From Pseudomonadota bacterium (lineage in GTDB: Bacteria > Bdellovibrionota > Bdellovibrionia > Bdellovibrionales > Bdellovibrionaceae), in contig JBEGVH010000016.1 of assembly GCA_041178425.1 (NCBI GenBank), positions 32,001-96,000 of the forward strand: 64,000 nucleotides of DNA. The letters are read 5' to 3'. This document shows, in pieces, positions 37,737 to 47,050 of this stretch. The translations under genes were made by a program, and so were the position numbers. The stretch's first letter is position 1; every line of letters begins with the position of its first letter. The notes under the pieces were generated by a model. That model was given only the letters and a program-made list of their open reading frames with translations, made no database searches and was not told the DNA's origin.

Positions 37737-38016
37737 GGAACCCCCAAAATTTTCCCTTACCCCGAGTTATCTCGACTGTCCGAGCTTGAAAATATCAAAC
37801 TTGAAATTGACGGATTCTTAACGTTATCTTGAGCTATTGCGTTAATGAGTACTGGTAATAATCGATAAGATCTTAAGTTCGACAACTGTAGAATATTTAA
37901 ACACCATCCGTTTAGCTCATAATATTAGACACTTAATGATTCCACTCCTCTGGCACGATTTTCGATAGGAACTCAGTTGAGGGTGTGTTTTATTTCGCGC
38001 CCCCTCGGAGGCGATT

Positions 38017-39984
38017 ATGAAAAGATGGCAATCAAAAAACGAAAAACTGATGGTCGGAGGACTCTTCTTAGTTCTGATGGCGAGTTCACTCTCCTCGACA
38101 CATCTTTGGATTAGCGATCTTGGATCGACTGATTTGGCCACCACCATCGCCAATCCGGAACCTTCGAGAGACAATCAATCAAACACTGATGAATTAAATG
38201 ATATTCCACAAACACTCACACGAAGAACGTTACCTGCCATCGAGGAGTCGGCTCAATCTGAAGGTGATGCTGAGGAACGTTCTGAGACTCGAAATGAACT
38301 CGTTGCACCAAATCGAGATAGGGAAAAAGCCATTAGAGGCCAGCTAAACGTGGACGAGCGAACTTTTGAAGCAACCTATAAGCAAGATGAAAGTGATCGA
38401 TCGAAAACCCTTGTTACCCTCGAACCAGCCAGTGAAACTGAAGGTCAAGCTTGCATTGAATGTAAAACCTATCGTGTTCCAAGGCCCCTAAACGGTGGAA
38501 ATCTCGAAAACATTCAGGCTATCAACAAAGCTTTAAAAGATAAGCTCAAAAAAGATAAAGACACGGTGGCAGAGAGGCCCCAGCAAAATCAGCCTCCTCA
38601 ACGCGAAGACCGTCGACCACGCCCTCGAGATATGAATGAGCGTGATCAATTCAGAAGCGTTGATGTTATCGAGGAACGATGTGGCAACAAACGAAGCCGT
38701 GACTTTTTCACCCTCTGCGCAATGAAAGAGTTTGGTCGTATCGCCAATATCAAGGGAGATGATGCGCCTGATGCCTCAGAACTCCAAGATATTTTCGAAC
38801 AACACATTTATTCGAATCTCCGAGATCAGTTGAAGGACCGAAATAATAAAGGCCGCCAAGATGAGGCCAAAATTGCGATTTCAAATCTTATTGAAAAGCT
38901 CGACACCCCCAATAGCGAAGGAGTGCGTACAGCTCTCACAAAAATGAAACAAATTCCGATGATCCTCGAAGTTCAAGACTTGGCCGTTCTTGAACGTGAG
39001 GCTCGTTCTTTAGAAAAAACCAATCCCTCGCGAGCAATGCGCCTCTTGAATGAATTCAATGTTCGTCGCAATGGTTTTCAACAGTCCTATAATGAGGACA
39101 TGATAGACATGGCACAAGCCTATGAAAATCTTGTGGATGACGATAGTCTTACTCGCGAAAGAGCATTGAATCTACTCTATGATAATTACGTTGACCCTTT
39201 GTCAGCTTACAAAGATGCGCTCTGGAGCAATGACCCTGCGGGAGCATTGAATAATCTTCCTAACCCTGGACTCTCAAACGCCGTCAATGGCGGGTTACGC
39301 GGGGCCAGGGGTGGCCAAGGTGGAAGTAATTTTCCACCACTTAATCAGGCCGGTGGAAATAATAATGGTATGAATAATAATATGAATTCTCGTGGCTATC
39401 CGCAGACAGGTGGAGGTTTCAATTCGAGATTCAATAATGGTGGAAACGTTTCGAACCCAATGAATAATAATAACTACGGACCCAGCAATATGGGCCCGAA
39501 CAATATGAATGGTATGAACAGTCGATTCGGAGCCCCTAATACAGGTTTTAACCAAGGTGGTTATCAACCAATGATGAACAACTACAATCCAGGAATGAAT
39601 GGAGGATACCCTCCAATGAACTCTGGAATGCCGATGGGTAACTACGGATACGGCCCTGGTATGGGCTACTCAAATCCTGGTTACATGGGCGGAATGGGAA
39701 TGGGCGGAATGGGAATGGGCGGAATGGGAATGGGTGGTCCAGGAATGGGCGGAATGCGGCCACCGATGTATGGCACAGGTATGGGTGGCGGACTATTTGG
39801 TGGTTATGGTGGCGGTATCGCAGTCACTCCAATTGGAGGTGGTCCTTTCGGCGGTGGTATGTATGGAGGACCGATGTATGGCGGCGGTATGTACGGAGGT
39901 GGACTTGGAATGATGCCTATGGGAGGCCCTGGAATGTTTCCAATGGGCGGCCCTGGTATGAGCGCAGCTCGTCCGCGATTTTGA
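38017..39984 (+). CDS. Exported protein with a long Gly/Met/Asn/Pro/Tyr low-complexity C-terminal tail
   Basis: GGAGG SD; N-terminal hydrophobic segment, helical core, about 230 aa of low-complexity tail. Confidence 0.8.
   Translation: MKRWQSKNEKLMVGGLFLVLMASSLSSTHLWISDLGSTDLATTIANPEPSRDNQSNTDELNDIPQTLTRRTLPAIEESAQSEGDAEERSETRNELVAPNRDREKAIRGQLNVDERTFEATYKQDESDRSKTLVTLEPASETEGQACIECKTYRVPRPLNGGNLENIQAINKALKDKLKKDKDTVAERPQQNQPPQREDRRPRPRDMNERDQFRSVDVIEERCGNKRSRDFFTLCAMKEFGRIANIKGDDAPDASELQDIFEQHIYSNLRDQLKDRNNKGRQDEAKIAISNLIEKLDTPNSEGVRTALTKMKQIPMILEVQDLAVLEREARSLEKTNPSRAMRLLNEFNVRRNGFQQSYNEDMIDMAQAYENLVDDDSLTRERALNLLYDNYVDPLSAYKDALWSNDPAGALNNLPNPGLSNAVNGGLRGARGGQGGSNFPPLNQAGGNNNGMNNNMNSRGYPQTGGGFNSRFNNGGNVSNPMNNNNYGPSNMGPNNMNGMNSRFGAPNTGFNQGGYQPMMNNYNPGMNGGYPPMNSGMPMGNYGYGPGMGYSNPGYMGGMGMGGMGMGGMGMGGPGMGGMRPPMYGTGMGGGLFGGYGGGIAVTPIGGGPFGGGMYGGPMYGGGMYGGGLGMMPMGGPGMFPMGGPGMSAARPRF
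39685..39734 (+). repeat. 15-bp coding tandem repeat (ATGGGCGGAATGGGA x3, encoding MGGMG)
   Basis: Three perfect copies plus a partial copy, read directly from the sequence. Confidence 0.9.
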
Positions 39985-40110
39985 AAGGTCTTCAGCCCTT
40001 TATGTTAAGCCAAAGACACTCTTTGGCTTACAAGAGATAGTTTTTCAAAAAAACTTTCTAGCCTTCAGATACAGCACACTCCTTGATAGTGCTGTTAATC
40101 TGGAGGCTTT

Positions 40111-42870
40111 ATGCTTTTGAGATCAAGACATTTTATTCTCTCTTCAGTTGCTTTCTTGCTGGTATTAACAGCGGGATGTGACGGAGCAAAACAGGGTCGA
40201 CCTGCATTTCGAGTTCGAACCGCTGAAAAAGCCAAGTCCAATCATAAGGTCGAAGCTAAAGAAAAAACCGAAGAAAGCTTCAAGGTAGAACAGAAACCAT
40301 CAGTTCCTGTTACACCACGACCAAGCCTTCCTCCACCGATAACGGAAAAATCAAAAGTAGTCTTTAAGGCTAATCAGGCAGAGATATCGATTGCCAAAAT
40401 TGCTCTCGATAAGGAGTTTTTGCTTCAAGGCGTTTTAATTCCTCAAGATGGCGTTGCCATGGGAAAATCTATCAAGAGCCGCGTGATAGCATTTCACATT
40501 CGTGGAAAATCCTTAATAATGCTCGAGGCGACCCATGGCCATAGCATCAACTCTGACTTTTCTCAAAAATTGGTTCTGGCAACCTTCAACATCCTAAAAC
40601 AAGACGACGACTTCATTACTTTTGATTTCAATGCTGGTATGTCGAAACTCATGGCTCTTCGTGACTGGTATGCAAAAGACATTGAGGGCCAAAACTATTC
40701 TACAGAAAAACAGTTCGCTGCCTCTCAGGTCCTCAATAGTTACATTGAAGAGGCACAAATAGATAATTCAAATCAGCTGGTCATTCGCCAAATAAGTTTA
40801 ATGAATGCTACGCAGACCAGTAAAGAACTAGGATCCATAAGGATTCCTGTTGAAGTAAAATACTATCTAAGCCCCTACCGACCAACCGAGAGCTACCGAC
40901 CTTACGAGTCTCCCCGCCGTTTTGATCAAATGGGCTTTTTTGAAATTAACCCTCAGCTTAATAAATCGGGAATGACAGTTACCTTAGCTTCTCGCTTCAA
41001 CCCTGAAAAACCAATTGTTTTTGCGATTTCTGCAAATACTCCTCCTGATTTTAGAAAGGCCGTCCAAGATGGAATTCTCTATTGGAACAAAGCTTTCGGT
41101 AAAGAAATCGTTCAAGCTATCATCGCACCCGAGCATGTTCGCGCTCCAGATATTAACTACAATGTGGTTCAATGGGTGACTCATGATAACGCCGGCTCCG
41201 CTTATGCCGACGGCCAAATGGACCCACGCACGGGAGAAATCCTTCATGCGCAGGTTTACTTGACGAGTGCTTTTGCTTTTGGTGGCAAGAATAAAGCTCG
41301 TGAAACTCTTCGCAAGTTAACGTTGACCCCAGACCTCTCGACGCCCGAGTCTTTATCACCCTTTCTCAAGGGCCTGAACAAAGAGGAATGGTGCAATCTT
41401 GAGTACCGAGAATCCCTAGCAAAAGCTTTAGAAAACGTTATCAATCAGAATCTCGAAGATGATAAGGTTTTGAAAGTCTCACAGGATTACGTGAGAGAAG
41501 TGGTTGCTCATGAGATTGGTCATACCCTTGGTCTTCGACATAACTTTGCCGGTACGTTGGCTGCAAGCTACAAAGCAGCAGACCGCCAAAAATTATTTAA
41601 GGACTACTTAAATAATGGAAAAGCGAACACTGACTACACCTATTCGAGCTCGGTCATGGATTACCACCGCCTTGAAGAATCAGCCATTTTGGGTAACCTG
41701 ATTGAACTTGATCCGAAACCCTTAAGCTATGATTTAAAAGCTATTCGCAAACTTTATTTTGATGAAGATCTAAAGCTCAATCCGAATCCATTATTTTGTA
41801 CCGACTCTCATGCCGATATTGAAGGGTTTGTCGATTGCCAACGATTTGATTTTGGTTCATCACCACTTGAGTACGCCCATTGGAAAATCGAAACCAGCAT
41901 TAATGAGCTGCCACAAAGCCTTATCGAAAAATACATTCGTAATAAAACAGACTCGCTAGCGAAACCTTATCTAATTGAACAAGTTCCTCTCGAACCAACT
42001 CCTAAATTAGCAGATACTCTTTTACAGCCTTTATCGGACACCATGAAACTACTCACCTCGGATCGAGCGCTTCTCAAGGTTGAAAGAAACTTCGAAGAAG
42101 TGGATGAACGAACTGAAGATCAATTGCAAGATGCTTATGACAGCTATATCGAAACTGAGGTCTCGCGACTAGGCGGCCTCAATTCATTAATCAACGTGCT
42201 ACCGCCACATTTTTCAGAAAAAACAAAGTCGAGAATTGAAGCCGCTCTCAACAGCCCTTCCTATCGCGAGGGCTTTGGTTATGGCGGAACACCTTTTTCT
42301 ATGACCGGCCAAGAAATATCGCAAATTAAGAGAGATTTGTTTATTTATGTCGAAAAACTCGAAAAAAGCTTGATTAAAAGCGAACTCAAGAAAATAAGAA
42401 CAACGGAATTTAACCGCGATGTAAATTCAAAATCTTCTCTTATTCGCAACAACCCAGTGTCTTTGGAGCTCGCTCAGGTACTTGCTAGAAAAATGGAAAA
42501 ATATATTCTATCGACGAGCGGTACTGTTATTGAAACCGATCTCACCAAAGATAAATATATTAGCAAAGTAAAAATACCTCTTTTTGTTCTTACTGCTGCT
42601 GAAAAAGTTTACGAGACAATCCCCGTTAAACTTCCGGTTTTTTCATATTCAACTGACATTAGGGAACTCGCTGCAACCCTCCTCAATGAGGGCAGGGGTG
42701 AAGATGTCGCATGGGGCAGCGAAGAGAAATTTCAAATCATTGGTAAGCTCAATCGTCTTCTCGAAGAATCACTGACCGTGCCACTAGAAACAATTGAACC
42801 ATCGAAGCAAAATAAAACGGTTTTTCGCTGGATTGCGGAAAACAAGAAAGTAAAACAATCTTTTAAATAA
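40111..42870 (+). CDS. Large lipoprotein zinc-dependent metalloprotease (metzincin, DUF4953/DUF5117-like)
   Basis: Lipobox TAGC; WNKAFG, DPRTGEIL, HEIGHTLGLRHNF, Met-turn SVMDY. Confidence 0.88.
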   Translation: MLLRSRHFILSSVAFLLVLTAGCDGAKQGRPAFRVRTAEKAKSNHKVEAKEKTEESFKVEQKPSVPVTPRPSLPPPITEKSKVVFKANQAEISIAKIALDKEFLLQGVLIPQDGVAMGKSIKSRVIAFHIRGKSLIMLEATHGHSINSDFSQKLVLATFNILKQDDDFITFDFNAGMSKLMALRDWYAKDIEGQNYSTEKQFAASQVLNSYIEEAQIDNSNQLVIRQISLMNATQTSKELGSIRIPVEVKYYLSPYRPTESYRPYESPRRFDQMGFFEINPQLNKSGMTVTLASRFNPEKPIVFAISANTPPDFRKAVQDGILYWNKAFGKEIVQAIIAPEHVRAPDINYNVVQWVTHDNAGSAYADGQMDPRTGEILHAQVYLTSAFAFGGKNKARETLRKLTLTPDLSTPESLSPFLKGLNKEEWCNLEYRESLAKALENVINQNLEDDKVLKVSQDYVREVVAHEIGHTLGLRHNFAGTLAASYKAADRQKLFKDYLNNGKANTDYTYSSSVMDYHRLEESAILGNLIELDPKPLSYDLKAIRKLYFDEDLKLNPNPLFCTDSHADIEGFVDCQRFDFGSSPLEYAHWKIETSINELPQSLIEKYIRNKTDSLAKPYLIEQVPLEPTPKLADTLLQPLSDTMKLLTSDRALLKVERNFEEVDERTEDQLQDAYDSYIETEVSRLGGLNSLINVLPPHFSEKTKSRIEAALNSPSYREGFGYGGTPFSMTGQEISQIKRDLFIYVEKLEKSLIKSELKKIRTTEFNRDVNSKSSLIRNNPVSLELAQVLARKMEKYILSTSGTVIETDLTKDKYISKVKIPLFVLTAAEKVYETIPVKLPVFSYSTDIRELAATLLNEGRGEDVAWGSEEKFQIIGKLNRLLEESLTVPLETIEPSKQNKTVFRWIAENKKVKQSFK

Positions 42871-42898
42871 CATTTTTCGATCCGCGTTTGATCGAACC

Positions 42899-42942
42899 CA
42901 AAAGGGAGACGGCATTATCTGCCCTCTCCCTTTTTTCTTTTT
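42899..42942. terminator. Intrinsic terminator, usable in both directions
   Basis: AAAAGGGAGA-CGGCA-ttatc-TGCC-CTCTCCCTTTTTT. Confidence 0.8.
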
Positions 42943-42944
42943 AT

Positions 42945-43044
42945 GTATAAACAACGAAGAGACGAAGACTAAGTACCGACGAATCATTGGCCTCGCTTTG
43001 CCGCCACCAAATCCACTGACTAAATTTCGTTCTCCTGTATAAAC
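42945..43044 (-). ncRNA. Candidate rod-shaped small RNA
   Basis: About 100 nt of imperfect self-complementarity that needs G-U pairs on the minus strand; upstream GCCGAAGT resembles a sigma28 -10 element; terminator downstream. Confidence 0.4.
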
Positions 43045-43119
43045 TTCGGCAACAAATCCCAATGTGAGACATTTTAAAAATTCTAATCCTGCTTAAATTT
43101 GTTCTGGTAAAGACGCGAA

Positions 43120-43135
43120 AGGCCCTCAACTTGCA
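43120..43135 (+). promoter_or_regulatory. Possible sigma54 promoter
   Basis: AGGCCC-TCAAC-TTGCA (GG-N10-GC), about 50 nt before the 43184 ATG. Confidence 0.4.
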
Positions 43136-43183
43136 TCCCCATGTATTAAAGAAGGTACTGTCGAAATTTTCGGGGAGGTTAAA

Positions 43184-43957
43184 ATGAACCTAGCAAAGTT
43201 AATAGGCATATTCCTGTTCCCCGTTCTTTCGTGGGGGATCTCAAGTAAATATCCTCTCACCCCTCTCGACTTAAAGAGTTTGGCCAAGCTATCCTCTCAA
43301 AGCTTTCGTATCGATGTCGATCCTTCTGGAAAAATTCGCCTTAATGGACGATGGCCAAATGTTTGCGCTAAGACTTCTGCGATTGGGAGTCAGAGAAGTC
43401 AAAATGGTTTAGGCATTATAATCAATGTTACTGATGAATGTTTAAATCTATTAAAACTAAGCCCGGCTCAAATTGCTAAACTCCCCCAAAGTTCGATGAA
43501 AAAAATAATCGAGGGACAACTTTTGAAATCAAAAGAATCAGTTTTCATTAAGAGCACCAAGCCAAAACTGGATCTTACCTTTAACTACGAGGATGTAGAA
43601 AAGATGAAAGCCAAAGAAAATCTTTTTTCTGTTCATCCTGCTATCGATGCAGACAATGATCAGGCAAGAAAAAATCTTTACACTGAACCCAAACGGCCCA
43701 CCAATGAATTCGACAGTTCAATTAACTATAGAGGCTGCAAACCAAATGATTATGGCGTGACAGACCCCGAAGTCTGCAGAGACCGCCACGGTATTGATCT
43801 CAACGCTGATATTCCACTCGGCCCAGGTTCAAAAATCGTGGGAACGACTCGTTTTGATTTTGTTCTGCCTAACCGATTACAAGATAGCTTTGCAGATAAC
43901 TTAGGGGTGAACGTTCAATTTGTTCACGAAATTAGTGGGTCCGTTGGTAGTCAATAG
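43184..43957 (+). CDS. Hypothetical secreted protein
   Basis: GGAGG SD; signal peptide; four Cys. Confidence 0.7.
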   Translation: MNLAKLIGIFLFPVLSWGISSKYPLTPLDLKSLAKLSSQSFRIDVDPSGKIRLNGRWPNVCAKTSAIGSQRSQNGLGIIINVTDECLNLLKLSPAQIAKLPQSSMKKIIEGQLLKSKESVFIKSTKPKLDLTFNYEDVEKMKAKENLFSVHPAIDADNDQARKNLYTEPKRPTNEFDSSINYRGCKPNDYGVTDPEVCRDRHGIDLNADIPLGPGSKIVGTTRFDFVLPNRLQDSFADNLGVNVQFVHEISGSVGSQ

Positions 43958-44471
43958 TGGTTCTTTCTTTTTCCCAAACGTAAATGAGCGTTTCATCGGA
44001 GAGAGGCAGCTCCATATAAAGTCGATCGAGGACCCTTCTCATGGGAGTGACTTTCTTTTTACCAACTACCATATCTGGATCTCGATAGCATTCAAATGCG
44101 TTCTCTGGATTTACCCAGGTCACTTCATCCGTTAAGCTTGAGCCATCAAAGGTGTAGAGTCCTTTTCGCTCGCAGAAACCATGTTCGTTGAGCCTAAACC
44201 ATCGCAAAACATCTGTACCATCAGACAAAAATTCAAACGAAAGAATTAAATTAGGATTTGGGGGTGCATGAAAGACTTCATCGTAGACATATCCAATATA
44301 CTTCCAACGTCCTACCAAAAGAGCGCCCTTATCCGCGGAAAAGGCCGAAGGAGCTATTGAGAAAATCCAGAGGCCTATCAAAAGATGTCTTATAATTTTC
44401 AACCTAACCCCCAACCGTGGAATAGGACCTAGCACCCACTTTGGAAGGTCACAATTCATGGGGCGGCGCAC
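43932..44471 (-). CDS. Secreted lipocalin-like protein
   Basis: Signal peptide ending AFSA, then LVGRW (GxW motif), FxxDG and GxY. The start may lie further downstream. Confidence 0.6.
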   Translation of the reverse strand: MRRPMNCDLPKWVLGPIPRLGVRLKIIRHLLIGLWIFSIAPSAFSADKGALLVGRWKYIGYVYDEVFHAPPNPNLILSFEFLSDGTDVLRWFRLNEHGFCERKGLYTFDGSSLTDEVTWVNPENAFECYRDPDMVVGKKKVTPMRRVLDRLYMELPLSDETLIYVWEKERTTIDYQRTH

Positions 44472-44474
44472 CCT

Positions 44475-45848
44475 TTAGTTTGGCCAACCTCGGGAATCAA
44501 GAACCCCTTGAATTTTACGAATCACATCTTGGCTCATACTCATATTCGCCATCGAGTCACCGATCGCAAACCGCACATCTGCGAAAGTTGGTTGAGAGCT
44601 AAGGCGAACGATAGTTTTAAGCGCTAATTTTTGAGCTTCTTTTGCCCCAATCAACTTTTCGATATCCCAAAAGGTGCCGCTCAAAATCCCGCTATCATGA
44701 TAAATACCGCCATTTTTTTCTGAATAATGAGTGTTATTATTCACCGTTCTGGTGAACGGTCTCTTCAAAAAGGCAGTGTGGCCCATTTCGGGGTTTCCCC
44801 ACAAGGAAGCCGTCAGGTAATCTGCAAAACCTTCATTAATAGAAGCTGATTCACCCTCGGTCCCCATACCACTGAGAGAATCAATAATTGCATGGGCAAC
44901 CTCATGACTCACTATGGATGGATCGCGTGGAATTCCGCGGTAACTTAATCCATCGCCATCACCAAGACGAATGAAACCTTTGTAATAATAGGCCGTATTT
45001 ACTTTATTAGGATATCCCGCACGTAGTCCTATTTTAATTGGAAAGGGCAGACTCAAATCCCATTGAGTTTCAGCATAACTCAACATTTTCTGCGCATAAA
45101 AAAACGCCTGCACATGATCAAATCGGGGATCATCCGGTCCAAATACAAATTCACCATTTTCGGCATTTACTTTTTGCCCATCTTCACTGCTAACATAAAC
45201 CCGCGGACTACTGAGAGTTCCATCTCCCAAAAGGGGTTTTAATACCGTTTCAATAAGGTCAGAGAATCGAGGACCAATTGGAAATACAACCGATCGCCCC
45301 TCATGAAAACAAAGTTCTACTCGTCTAACAGATTCGATGGCGTAGGATGAACTGACTTTCATTGAATAAACGGCACTACTATCTTTGGGAATATATTCAA
45401 ATTTATAATACAATTGAGGATTATCTTTTGATCCACCAACGACAACTTGTGGCTCAAAAATATGACTAGCATTATTGAGTGCGAGATGTTTGCGCTTTAT
45501 TGTTTCAAGTGCCTTAAATCGCTGAAGATGCATTAGCTCTGCTTGCGGTTTTAATTTTGAAAGGTTCGCTTCGCTAAAGTTTGCATTTACAAATTGAGTT
45601 TTGCCTGAAACGTTAGAAATTTTTTGATAAAAAGACGACTCGACAGCAGCTCCACCCACTTTTTGGGTAGATCTTTCTATGATTTCATCAAAGACCTTGA
45701 GGGTAATGTCTGCGCGAGGAATATTATTTGGCTGAGCCTCTGTTTTTAGATTTTTTTGGTTAACCGACCAACGATATTTCGTTAGTTCTAGTTCCCTTTG
45801 ACAACCCAAAATAAAAAAAACGCTGACACCAAAAACAATTCTCTTCAT
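44475..45848 (-). CDS. M4/M36 (thermolysin-like) metallopeptidase lipoprotein
   Basis: Lipobox ILGC; NTAYY, LGDGDG, SHEVAH, INEGFADY. Confidence 0.85.
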   Translation of the reverse strand: MKRIVFGVSVFFILGCQRELELTKYRWSVNQKNLKTEAQPNNIPRADITLKVFDEIIERSTQKVGGAAVESSFYQKISNVSGKTQFVNANFSEANLSKLKPQAELMHLQRFKALETIKRKHLALNNASHIFEPQVVVGGSKDNPQLYYKFEYIPKDSSAVYSMKVSSSYAIESVRRVELCFHEGRSVVFPIGPRFSDLIETVLKPLLGDGTLSSPRVYVSSEDGQKVNAENGEFVFGPDDPRFDHVQAFFYAQKMLSYAETQWDLSLPFPIKIGLRAGYPNKVNTAYYYKGFIRLGDGDGLSYRGIPRDPSIVSHEVAHAIIDSLSGMGTEGESASINEGFADYLTASLWGNPEMGHTAFLKRPFTRTVNNNTHYSEKNGGIYHDSGILSGTFWDIEKLIGAKEAQKLALKTIVRLSSQPTFADVRFAIGDSMANMSMSQDVIRKIQGVLDSRGWPN

Positions 45849-45929
45849 TCTTACCCCTCACCTAAGCATCAACTTAGGAAATTGCAGCGAGACTCTCCCT
45901 CCGAGCCTCACTGCAACTCTATCGGTACT

Positions 45930-46325
45930 TTACTCTTCGATTTGAATTACTTTTTCGATGTAAGTACCATCTCCATTAAGTAGTCTAACTGCATGTTTAC
46001 CAATAGACAATTTACCTAAGTGAATTTCTTTTGAGAAAGGAACCAGCACCATTAAACACATTCCCTGACTAACAGTTGCAGACGCTCGAATTTCGTGGAC
46101 GTTAGTCGAGGGGTGACGAACATCTGATTCTTTCCAACGATAACAGCCATTTGGAAACAATCCGCTCGCAACTACAAAAGTATCACTATTACTATCAAAC
46201 CCACTTGGGATAAAGGCATCACTAAATCCGACTTGAATTTCTCTCTCGTCAGCTCCTGCCTGAGCACCCTGAGAAATCATTAACGCACCTACCAATGCTA
46301 ATGCTAATCTTGCAAACGCTTTCAT
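45930..46325 (-). CDS. Hypothetical secreted protein with a disulfide pair
   Basis: ATG after GGGAGG; signal peptide ending AQA; FPNGCY and CLMVLVPF. Confidence 0.72.
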   Translation of the reverse strand: MKAFARLALALVGALMISQGAQAGADEREIQVGFSDAFIPSGFDSNSDTFVVASGLFPNGCYRWKESDVRHPSTNVHEIRASATVSQGMCLMVLVPFSKEIHLGKLSIGKHAVRLLNGDGTYIEKVIQIEE

Positions 46326-46592
46326 TTTTCCTCCCTGTTTTTTGCCTCTGAGAACTCTCTCTTTGGCTTTCACCTATTAGGTAACACCGAGGCACTTACC
46401 CATCAAACAAGAACGGCACGACTGCTTGAGTCACTCGACCAGCCAATCGATTTTTGTGACATTATAAACAAAATTTAATTTTTTATGGGTTAAAGATTCT
46501 CATTTATGAAGTTTGAATCCCACCTCGCCCAAACATTTTGACATCTTTGAGTGAGGAGCAGACCTGTTTATACATAACCAAAAGGAGAGCTT

Positions 46593-47000
46593 ATGAAAGC
46601 AATACCCACTATCCAAAAATATATGACCCCAATGCCACATACTATTGGGAGCGATCAAAATCTAAAAAAAGCCCACGAACTTATGCGCGAATATAGAATT
46701 AGGCACTTACCGGTACTCAAAGGCGGTAAACTTGTTGGTATTCTTACCGATCGTGATCTCGCTCTTGTTGAAAGCCTTAAAGATGTAAATCCAGAAACGG
46801 TGCCTGTCGAAGATGCCTGCACTCCAGATCCGTATATTGTAAGCCCCCAATCAAAGTTGAATGACGTCTGCGACGAAATGGCAAGACACAAATATGGATC
46901 TACATTGATAGTAGATAACAATAAATTAGTCGGTGTATTTACTTGGGTTGATGCACTGAATGCGTTTAGCGATCTCTTAGAAACTCGATTAAAAGGTTAA
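46593..47000 (+). CDS. CBS-pair domain protein
   Basis: IRHLPV..GKLVGILTDRDL and a second KLVGVFT repeat. Confidence 0.93.
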   Translation: MKAIPTIQKYMTPMPHTIGSDQNLKKAHELMREYRIRHLPVLKGGKLVGILTDRDLALVESLKDVNPETVPVEDACTPDPYIVSPQSKLNDVCDEMARHKYGSTLIVDNNKLVGVFTWVDALNAFSDLLETRLKG

Positions 47001-47002
47001 AA

Positions 47003-47037
47003 AATAAAGGCTGCTGTATTTGCAGCAGCCTTTATTT
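47003..47037. terminator. Bidirectional intrinsic terminator
   Basis: AAATAAAGGCTGCTG-tattt/g-CAGCAGCCTTTATTT between convergent genes. Confidence 0.88.
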
Positions 47038-47050
47038 GCTTGGCGCTATT

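Noticed and set aside
37951..37966. TGGCACGATTTTCG as a sigma54 promoter for the 38017 gene
   Set aside because: The -24 element is perfect but the -12 GC is missing; not supportable without TSS data.
42784..43129. Two short minus-strand ORFs in the 42.9-43.1 kb gap
   Set aside because: TTG starts without an SD, one runs through a terminator into a convergent gene, and no protein-like features; an RNA structure explains the region better.
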